Assembly (NCBI GenBank): GCA_965644295.1
Contig: CBFFRP010000243.1
Span: 1 to 24,252, forward strand
From: Paraphysomonas bandaiensis
Lineage: Eukaryota; Protista; Chrysophyceae
Length of the DNA: 24,252 nt
Direction of reading: 5' to 3'
This document shows, piece by piece, positions 1 to 9,916 of the stretch. The notes under the pieces were generated by a model. That model had not been told where the DNA came from and made no database searches. It saw only the letters and a list, made by a program, of their open reading frames with translations. Position numbers and translations under genes: made by a program. Numbering within the stretch: position 1 is the first letter of the stretch; the number at the start of each line of letters is the position of its first letter.

Positions 1-490
1 TAATCGACGGGGTATTATTGGTGACTGTCCTCAGGAGTCAAGAAAACAACTTACTATTACGTGTTCTTTTACTCGTATCGGACTGGTTACATTGGATGGC
101 AAAGATGCCCATAGACTCCCTAGCTATCCAACAGGCAATTATAAGATTATAAGTGTGTTATTGATGTTTTCTCTATGATTTATATAATACTGGAGCTGTG
201 AGTTCTGCCTTTAGAAGCAGACGAGTATAATAAAAACGACTTCTGAATATATATATCGCACATGTCATGTTACCTCACGGTATACTATGGCTACTTAGTA
301 GCCATTCTCGAAGTGGTAATATATTAAACATTGCCATAGAGAGAATTTTCTTACATTGTAGGCACATAAGAATATCGACGTAACACAGGACTCGATATTT
401 ATTAATAATAGCCAGTTATGACTTTCTTAATACAAATTATATCAAATACACGTTAATTAGTAGCTTCTACAGTTTATGGGTGCATACAGC

Positions 491-2197
491 TTATGTAATA
501 GGTTTTGTTTCCATACTCATCTCTACATCCTTACTATGACACCATGGCCCCACGTTTTCTAAAGCTACAGCTTTCACATGCTCGGAGGGAATAAATATTT
601 TGTCGCTTCGGCACAATATTAACAACAGTAATGTAATGCTTTGCAACAATGTTCCGAACGCCAATCCGCCCATCAGCCCTAACACTCCCCAAGATGAATG
701 GAAACAAAGCAGCCATGCTAATGGTAGTCCTACAGCATAGTACGAGAATACATTAGTATATGCACCATAAAATTGCTTCCCAGCCCCTCGTAAGATTCCG
801 GAGGATACGGCCTGTAGTCCGTCCGCAAAAGTGAACACTGATAAGAGGTAGCTAGCTTTAACCACAATATCAATGACACTTGGGCTGCTTGAAAATATTC
901 TCACGAATGCAGGGGCAAAGAGAACAATACATGGGCTGATGAAAAGCTCAATTAGACAGAGGCTTTGCAACGCAATCCGTGCAATGTACTTAGCCAGGTG
1001 GGGTTTGTTAGCACCGAGGGAATTACCAATAAGAGAGGACGATGCAATGCCTATGCTAAGAGGTATCATGAACGCCACCGTTCCAATTTGTGATATAATG
1101 GTCTGGGCAGAGACTTCATCTGACCCGAGCTGACTAGCAAATATAACTAAAATCTCTGCAAAAACACGGTCATATATTAGGAATTCAAAACATTATACAT
1201 TGTTTTATAGCTGTACACAGTAACCTATACACAACGTACTACAAAGAAGGCCAGAGTATATATATACCCACAACACTGTAGCATGATAAGGAAACAAATA
1301 CAAACACAAAACCAATTCAGATTGAGACATACCGAAAGCCCACCACTCTGAGCATAGCATCGCACATGCTGGTAGTCCAAGCTTGATAAACTCATATATA
1401 TTGTTTAGCGCATCTGGATGCGGCATCTGTCTAGTGAGAATCACAGCCGGGTTGTTCCAACTAATTAATATAACCGTAGTGTCACTAACATACCGGCTTA
1501 AAACAAAGGCCCATGCCAAGCTCTCATACCCCCACCCGAACCCATGAACGAATAATGAATCGATGCATACCAGAAGAATGTTGACAAGAATTGTACCGTA
1601 CATTGATGGGTGCATTACGCCCATACTCATAAGATACTTCTCGTAGGAAACAGACACAACATCAGTGGGGATAGCAAATGCGCGGATAAGCAAAAACTTT
1701 TTCATAACGTGACATATATCTGACGCAACTCCCAGCATTAAAAATATTTTGTCTACAAAACACCACATCATGAATCCAGGGACAACCATGAGTGATAGAA
1801 CAACGACTGAGCGCTGCAGGACGATGCCAACTTCCCTGTAGTTCTTTGCACCATAATGCTGACTGCCGAGTGTCTCAACAGCGCCTGTCATGCCGATGAT
1901 GATCGATATGCAAGATATGTTAGAGAACAATATCGCCATGGAGACGCCTGCAAAAGTAGAAGTGTCGCTGGTGGTCTTACTCAGATGACCAGCAAAATAC
2001 AGCGTTACAAAGTTGACTCCGATGCCTAGAAGAAACGTGACACACACCGGCAGAGCTCTCGTTACAATAGATGCCAGTGTCCCTCTACGACAGAGCGCTT
2101 CACTCTCACCATCACCATCACCGTCAACCTCCTCCTGGACATCGACACGAGACACGACATCCTCCTCGGAACTCACCAGGTCATACTTTACATCCAT
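491..2197 (-). CDS. MATE family multidrug/toxin extrusion transporter, 2 exons (2197-1333, 1155-491), ~509 aa
   Basis: Removing GT-AG intron 1332-1156 joins two ORFs in frame (CSEWWAF-EILVIFASQLG...AQTII...AFMIPLSIGIASSSLIGNSLGAN). Eukaryotic MATE motifs GAVETLGSQHYGAKNY, LQRS, SGILRGAGKQ, YYAVGLP; many hydrophobic helices. Confidence 0.95.
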
Positions 2198-2599
2198 AGG
2201 GACCTCCGACCCGCGTTAGATGCAGCAGTATGTATGATATATAGGCGTGGGACTTGTGCATCCCAACCTACCTGTACATATACATATATATGCGTGTACG
2301 TGTACGTGTACGTGTACAGAGCCTGAGCCCATAAGTAAAGTTCAGAAATTTTTTTGATAGGTATATTCACCACTTGAGTAATATACGCCAATCAAAAGGT
2401 TTGAACGACTTATATGTAAATATGATTGGCTACATGCTGATGGTGAAGAGGAAGTATGTGCATCTAGACCAGACGGTACTGTACGGTGTACATATACATA
2501 CGGAGCAGTCAGCACACACTGAACTGCAGTGGTGTGGTGGTACATATATATATACACACGCAGCGTGCACTCATATCATTCGACTATTGATTCACTAAA

Positions 2600-5196
2600 A
2601 TGATAAAAGCTATCCCACCCCCTGGAGTGGTTGATCTCTGCCACAAGCTAGAGCCCGTTTGCTCGCTGGAGGTGCCCCCAGACTTCCCTCTGGCTGTTAC
2701 TCGAGCGGAGGTGGATGTATCGGCTCTTAAGGAGAAGTTGCTCTCACTCCCTCCAGAGATGTGGGAAGATGAGCATCAGTCGGGTAATGTGAGGCTGACG
2801 AGACCTGCGCACGATAAATGGGGAATAAAAAAAATAGTGTTCACTTTTTGTGATGATTTCTTACTGAAAGTGCTTGATCTTCCCTGGTCACTGCAGGAGT
2901 CATGGAAGACTCTGCTAGATCCAATATATGAAGCAATAGGTGAATTATGATTACATGATGTGATGGTTTTAACGTGTCATATTAGGTGTTGATAAGAAGA
3001 AAATCGTACGGTCGCTACTTGCGAGCATGCCGCCAGGTAATATATGCAGCGGAATAACATGATATCGTTTTAATGAGCCTACTTTGTGTGGTACAGGATG
3101 TGTTATTCCGGTTCACCACGACACTGGACATTGGGTTAAACACACCCACCGTATTCATGTACCAATTATTACTGGTGGGTACTCTGTGATGCCCTTTACA
3201 TCTCACTCACTGCTTCACAGGAGACGGTCTGGAATTTCTTGTTGGTCCTAACGACCAGAGTATGGTTTCTTATATGTTTAACGAAGGCCGAATTGTTGAA
3301 ATCAATAACCAAGCCAAGCATGCAGTAACGAATAATCTACCGTTTAATCGGGTACATTTGATATTCGATTATGTGGAGGACTACCCAATTACCAGATACA
3401 CGCTGCAGGTACGCAGTGCACTTTCTATGAAGCACTCATACAATGTGGCATATATATACATGTGCAAACACATTTAATTGGGTCTACGTAGCCTGGTCAA
3501 GTGCTCCATCAGACGAGGAGGAGCATTGACTTTGACGGACAAGAGGACACTACGCCTGTTCATCCCGCATTCATTATACTAGGTATAGCGTACTTAATTT
3601 CTTGTCATTGTACACAATGTGGTCACTCGCTGGGATGAAATGAATACACTTTCCCAGATGGGTTAGCTACGAATATATTTTATTTGTAGTGTAGAGTGCG
3701 ATATGCATTGTGACGTAGTGACTTGTGGGAATGCTATCTAAAATAATGTTGCTGGACAGGGGCACAGAAATGCGGCACCACCTCTTTATATGAATACATT
3801 TGTCAGCACCCCTTGGTAGTTCGTGGAAAAAGACGGGAGACCCATTACTTTGACTGGAGATGGAATAAAGACCTGACGAAGCCTGAGGAGCAGCTGAAAT
3901 ACTGTAAGTCAGCGAAGCAGCTACACCACTTTGATATTTGGTCACGTTTCGTGATTGACTCCAATAGACTAGCTCTTTATTTGCTGAACGTATTTTGTGT
4001 ATTTGTGCTTACGCTAGCTCTATTTTGCTTTCGCAGATATGAATTTCTATCACGCGGAAGCTCTGCATAAACACAGAACCATCATAACTGGTGAAAGTAC
4101 ACCGTCTTATCTTCTTCACAGGTAATTTTTGACTGCCAATGTATAAAATATAGCTGGTTCAGTTTGCTGCGTCCCACACGTTTATGATTTTTATTGGCAG
4201 TGACATCGTCATCCCAAGAGTAAAATCTGTTCTCCCCTTCTCAGACATTAAATTCTTTGTTATGCTACGCAATCCTGCAGCTAGAGCGTACTCTCAATTC
4301 CAGATGGCTGTAGATACCAGCGGTACTGCAGAACAGCTTAAAGTCAGGTAGCGTAGATATATTTTGAATGTTACATGTATATTAATGATCCATAATCGAT
4401 AAATGGTATTGGTCAGATATAGATATGTTTTAGTTGCACAAACATAATGTTAATGTGTATGTAGGGGCATGTCGTCGTATACGGGAAAATCGTTTGCTGA
4501 AGTTGTGAACAAAGAAATTGAAGAGTTAACCAATCTCGGAATCACCGTAAGCTCTTTTAAAAGCGCTATGTTTTTAGATTTTCTAACCTTTTGTATATAT
4601 ACAGCCTGACTGCAGCTATGAAACATTTAGAGATAAAGTTCTCCCGTCGTTGCCAATGAACCACGGTGGGCATTCCATTATTGCACGGTACGTACTAGGC
4701 GGTGCCACATGTTCAATATGTAATTTGTATATATGTAATCGCGTCATGCCGTATGTGCAGTGGACTCTATGCACTACAGATTCAGCCATGGTTAGAGAAT
4801 TTTCCCGATCAAATTATGGTGATGTCGATTGATGAATTAAAAGGAAGTAAATCCGAGGTATGTTTGCGCGTTTCTGTTGCTGTTGTTGTTACTAGTGGGA
4901 AGCTTTCGGCTGATAGTTGTATATTGCCTCATCCTCATCACGTAAATGTGGAACTGCTCGAAATATAACCATTTGATAGTACATACTTACTTCATGCCCA
5001 CATATAGGTCCAGCAGTCATTGAATAGAGTCTTCGAATTTATTTCACTGCCGCCATCTGATTTAGAAGACCTGGGGGCGAAAAATACTCGTGAATACGTT
5101 CCGATGGACCCGGAAATTAAGAGAAAATTGGAAGAGTTTTATGAGCCATACAATGAGAGGCTATTTGCTCTCTTGGGCAAACGTATGACATGGTAG
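2600..5196 (+). CDS. Fusion protein: N-terminal aspartyl/asparaginyl beta-hydroxylase-like 2OG-Fe(II) oxygenase + C-terminal PAPS-dependent sulfotransferase; 12 exons, ~524 aa
   Basis: Exons 2600-2939, 2986-3036, 3097-3174, 3221-3408, 3492-3582, 3760-3903, 4037-4121, 4201-4347, 4465-4546, 4605-4687, 4761-4857, 5008-5196; all introns GT-AG, total 1575 nt, no internal stop. Oxygenase motifs MPPGCVIPVHHDTG, HRIHVPIIT, EINNQAKHAVTN, NRVHLIFD. Sulfotransferase motifs IILGAQKCGTTSLY (5'-PSB), ETHYFD, GESTPSYL, LRNPAARAYS (3'-PB), RGLY, LEEFYEPYNERL. Confidence 0.9.
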
Positions 5197-5574
5197 AAAG
5201 TAGAATATTCTATAGGTAGTTTTTGATGATATTTTCAATCCTCGTACATTACTAATTCCCCATGCATTTCAAAGGGTGGAAACTCGTTAATGTGTGGTAA
5301 ACTATAGAATTAGTAATTACTTGCTGTGTGGCGACTTCATTCAGACGCACTGTGGATATTATGCTCATGAGTGGTATATTTAATACTATTTTAATACATT
5401 CTAAAGTATATTTTGTATTTGGACTGCACTACAAGTACCGAAAGCAATAGACGTATTTTAACCAACTATCACAATTATTATCTGTAACCGCTGCGCTTAC
5501 TTTCAAAAGCGTGCACTTACTATTCGTATTTGATCCTTTCTTTGCGTCTGTGCTTGCTCTGCGTAGGTATATAA

Positions 5575-5911
5575 TGTTGAGTTCTGCAATATGATGTGAT
5601 ATATATTGTGCAATTGAAGTGAGTTAATAGTGTGCAATAGGTGAAGTCAACTCATAGGTGTAACGGGTGATTATAGGTATTAAATTCAGTTACTGATGTG
5701 TGATTATACAAGATATATAACTGACTGATGAACATATGATAAACAGATGTTGCTGAGAACAGATGTTTCAACATATGTTACACGAATATGTAGTGAAGTG
5801 TTCAGAAAAATAGTTATTATTTCTTACTTGAGAGTGCATTGTGTTCAACATAGCAAGATTAAGGTTACGTGTAAAGCAAAGTTAACTTCAGTGAAATGTC
5901 TAATTCTAACA
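5575..5911 (+). mobile_element. Probable solo LTR (copia-type), 337 bp
   Basis: Starts TGTTGA, ends CTAACA, flanked on both sides by TATAA (5570-5574, 5912-5916). Its first ~40 bp match the reverse complement of 13139-13180. Orientation is not established. Confidence 0.65.
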
Positions 5912-6238
5912 TATAATGGCACTTGCGAAATGAAATATGAAGATATGAAGTAACACTTGTTCCACTTCCGATATGTTAATTAGTTAGTAAGAATATATTT
6001 GTGATTCTTATCTATGGTAGAGTGTGTAGGATGGACTTAATAGTGCTTTAAGATTAAGTTACACCCTCTCGGAAAACGAAATCTGCCTAGTCCTACTTCC
6101 AAGTAATCGCTGAATCATATATTTATTTCCAGTAATAAAAATAGCAGAGAATATAAATTCACAGTATTCAATAGTAATATATCATATCCAACCACTCAAT
6201 TTCATATTTCAAGCGACTATCCACTCGTTGAATGCCGA

Positions 6239-6502
6239 TTAGTGAGTACCATCACGAGTCTTTCCGTTATAATTACATTCCTTCAATAGTTTAACCTAAA
6301 CATACCATGACGCAATCAACCACAAATATATGCCTTCCATCACCTCTTTCTGACACTTCTTCCAGCTCCGATTCGTTTGTACGAGACACTCTTCTAGGGC
6401 CATATAGAACTCCTTGCAGGCAGATGCATCTATCAGCTGATCCACATCCACTCCAGTGAATGAGGACTGAGACCCGGCATGGTGAGGTTTACTATTTTCC
6501 AT
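6239..6502 (-). CDS. COA4: Twin Cx9C mitochondrial intermembrane-space protein, COA4/CMC3-like (cytochrome c oxidase assembly), 2 exons, 71 aa
   Basis: Exons 6502-6344 and 6295-6239 (GT-AG intron) give DQLIDASA-CKEFYMALEEC-LVQTNRSWKK-CQKEVKLLKEC: two Cx9C motifs plus the WxxCQxEV pattern typical of COA4. Confidence 0.8.
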
Positions 6503-6756
6503 GACTGGAGAATATCAAGCTGAACGTTTAGGAATATGAGGATGAAGTGGTTTCTATTGCAAGTATCGAGCACCGCATACACATCTACACACATGCACAC
6601 AGCAGCATGCATGTACAGCCCTGTAGTCCACACTCATCCCTCAGAACACTCAGACGCCATCACCCAATCATTATCGAATATACTGACTTGATTTGAGCAA
6701 ACACTCCCGCCTAGTTAAGTACTGTCCATATACCGTGGTATACCCACAGTATTCTT

Positions 6757-6948
6757 CATACATACATACATACATACATACATACATACATACATACATA
6801 CATACATACATACATACATACATACATACATACATACATACATACATACATACATACATACATACATACATACATACATACATACATACATACATACATA
6901 CATACATACATACATACATACATACATACATACATACATACATACATA
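6757..6948. repeat. Perfect (CATA)n tetranucleotide microsatellite, 48 units
   Basis: 192 bp of uninterrupted CATA between the divergent COA4-like and MAPR-like genes. Confidence 0.98.
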
Positions 6949-6982
6949 CTCAGCGCATAGCTATTTGTTTACTGGTAATTTG

Positions 6983-7657
6983 ATGGGAAAGGGAATGAAG
7001 TGGCTGTACCTGCATTTGTTGTTGAGGATTGTGAGTTGCTTTTCTGCTGATGATGTCTCTGTCACGGTACAGAGTCAGAGAGATTTTACAGAGCATCAGC
7101 TTGAGAAATACAATGGGCTCGACAAGGACAGTGTGTATGTGTCCATAGAAGGGGTTGTGTATGATGTTTCAAGTGACTCTCGCTTTCACGAGTCAAAGTC
7201 ACTCAGCCAGTATGCAGGGAAAACGATTGAATTTCATTCTGTGGAGCCAACAGCAAATTTTCTTCTTCATGATATCGAAAAGTATCCACGCGTTGGAAAA
7301 GTCAGTTCCCCTGAACGGAGTAGGAGTTTTACGCGGGAAGAGCTTGCACAATATTCAGGCTCTATCTCACAAATCGTTCGTGATGATAAAGTGCATCCTG
7401 AGATATTGGTTGCCATTGATGGCTCTGTATATGATGTTTCTTATGGCGGATATGATTTGTATGGTCCCGAGGGGCACTATAACGTGTTTGCTGGAAAAGA
7501 TGTTTCGCGTGCGTTAGCTAAGATGTCTTTTAGTGAAGATGATATCAATTCAAGCGAAATCGCGGACTTGACAGCAGAGCAGAAGGAGAGCCTTTTGACA
7601 TGGAAAGGTGTTTTCAGTGATAAATACCCACGTGTTGGGCATTTAGTTAGTGCATAG
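6983..7657 (+). CDS. MAPR-family (PGRMC1/neudesin-like) protein with signal peptide and two tandem cytochrome-b5-like heme/steroid-binding domains; intronless
   Basis: Hydrophobic N-terminus (MKWLYLHLLLRIVSCFS; ATG at 6983 or 6995). Two repeats of FT..L..Y.G / vsIeG.VYDVS / AGK / KYPRVG. Second repeat has YGPEGHYNVFAGKDVSRALAKMS, like PGRMC1. Confidence 0.9.
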   Translation: MGKGMKWLYLHLLLRIVSCFSADDVSVTVQSQRDFTEHQLEKYNGLDKDSVYVSIEGVVYDVSSDSRFHESKSLSQYAGKTIEFHSVEPTANFLLHDIEKYPRVGKVSSPERSRSFTREELAQYSGSISQIVRDDKVHPEILVAIDGSVYDVSYGGYDLYGPEGHYNVFAGKDVSRALAKMSFSEDDINSSEIADLTAEQKESLLTWKGVFSDKYPRVGHLVSA

Positions 7658-9508
7658 CGTTCCTTTATATGTTTGTAAAGTTCTCTGTATATGTTAATCT
7701 AGTGTGATTGGATGACGTTGAGCAATATATGAATGAGTCTTATGTTTCCCCTTCTTTTTTGTATGTACTGATGAAAAAGCACCGCAGTAACTGATTTAAA
7801 CATTCACAATACCGTGTGTTGTATGGATATGTTTTTCAATGCAAACGTGGAATTATAAATGATTCTGTACATTCAGCGCGTCGTAGACTATTGGTAAAGT
7901 TGTTCGGCGCAGTGCTGCGTTACTAAGTAAAATAGGATGCCGTATCGACCTGCTCTCAAAATTTAGAAACAAGTGCAAAAAGTCCGAGTTTTATCCCCAG
8001 GTTAAATTGCAGCCAATCCTCATGATGTCGGAAAACTAATATCTAGACCACCGATAGCGGATAGGGTTAGATTCTTGTTTGTAGCTGGCTGCTATATGAG
8101 GAAATAGGTGTTCCTGATTAGTATTAAGAAAGCAAATAAAAATACAAGTGCTGTTTCAAATCGATGGTATCTACATAAGGGAATGGCAATTGCACAAGAT
8201 TTATTCGTAACAATAGATTCCCTAATTTTAATTATAGCGACCAACAATGTACCCCTACTACAGAACAATATGAATGGATAATATTAACTCCGAGGTATTG
8301 AAATTCGTATAAAAGTGTGATAATGAGCGTCAAAAATTGTAGTTGCACGAGGCTTCTTGCTGGCGTTGGCATCACCACAATTATATACAACACACTTAAT
8401 ATCTGCCAGTGCAACTGACACGAATGCAACTGATATAACACAGGACACACGTAATCCTAATATCCTAATGGGCACGAGGACATGACTCTAACCCTGTAAG
8501 GACCGGGTGCAATTGCCCCTAATCATATTCAGCATCAGTACTATTCTTGACATTTTTTGAAGTCCTGATTATGAAGATAGATCACTTGCACTGACATCAT
8601 TACGGTCTTCTACGTCAGACGAGGATAGAATCTGACTGGAGTGTTTGGCGATCTGATTTTGATAGTTGGCTCATCATTGTGATTTCTCTATAATTGTGCA
8701 CTATAATGAAATTACATACAAATGACTGTCAATATCACAATTAAGATGGAACATTGTTTCTGTTCGAACCGAATATTGAATTTAAATGTCTATATTAGCC
8801 TAGTTCTCATTATATATTCCGTTAAATGAGCGTCTGTTGAAAGCAAATTAGGTCAAAATCACTATTTTTAGACTAACGGGGCGGGGATAAATACTAATGA
8901 TAGCCATATATAAGCTACTATGAGCATGCCGAATATTTTAGTTTCAATTGGGTGCTACTGTAACTTCAGCAGGACGTACCAGCTAGCTGGTAAGTGAAAG
9001 CAGTTCCTATTAACGCAACTGTAGCGCTCACTGACAGCATGCTCTTGGCACACAGAGCAGGAAATTTCCTGAATTTTTCTGGTGTGGGTATCTATATACA
9101 GTATACCGGTATACTGCTGTAGGGCACCAAGGCAAAATTTGGTGAAAGAACATAGTGTACTGCTGTAATCGTACGTACGTACAGAGTATATTAGTACATA
9201 TACACATACACTCATGCACTCTGCTGCTGTATGATATCAAAAATGCAGTCCTGGATTTCGTAAAGGGGTACGTACGAGTGCGATTGTATCTGGATGTATG
9301 TGTATGCAGAATGCAGGCGTATGTCCATATATGTACCGGAGAACACAGCGGAGTATGTCAGCGTAACTCTGTCACTGGATTCCCTCCTACTCACAACTCC
9401 AACTAACACGCTACAGTGGTTCCCATATCATAACATTCCAGGAGGTAGTAGTGTCCCTCTGATTAGCTCGATGAGTGTCTTGTGTACCGTATCTCCTTAA
9501 CAGAATAC

Positions 9509-9870
9509 CTCTACACACCCCTCTACATACATACACACCCCTCTACATACATACACACCCCTCTACATACATACACACCCCTCTACATACATACACACCC
9601 CTCTACATACATACACACCCCTCTACATACATACACACCCCTCTACATACATACACACCCCTCTACATACATACACACCCCTCTACATACATACACACCC
9701 CTCTACATACATACACACCCCTCTACATACATACACACCCCTCTACATACATACACACCCCTCTACATACATACACACCCCTCTACATACATACACACCC
9801 CTCTACATACATACACACCCCTCTACATACATACACACCCCTCTACATACATACACACCCCTCTACATAC
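9509..9870. repeat. 20-bp tandem minisatellite (CTCTACATACATACACACCC), 17 perfect copies at 9521-9860 plus partial copies at both ends
   Basis: Directly visible exact 20-bp period; ends 46 bp before the kinase ATG. Confidence 0.98.
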
Positions 9871-9916
9871 ACATATATATACAGCTATCGTAGCAACGTA
9901 GATTAGATAGAAGAAG

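Noticed and set aside
2-178. Two open + frames at the window edge, possibly the 3' end of an upstream gene
   Set aside because: No recognisable motif and no upstream context to choose a frame.
6671-6983. MYVC/HTYI repeat ORFs
   Set aside because: Artefacts of the (CATA)n microsatellite.
8232-8680. Coding-like composition and short minus-strand ORFs
   Set aside because: Stops in all frames, no convincing splice model or motif; could be a decayed pseudogene or TE, but I cannot support it.
9475-9906. Repetitive ORFs (HTPLHTYTPLYI...) and a CRISPR-like look
   Set aside because: Translation of a spacerless 20-bp minisatellite that lacks stops.
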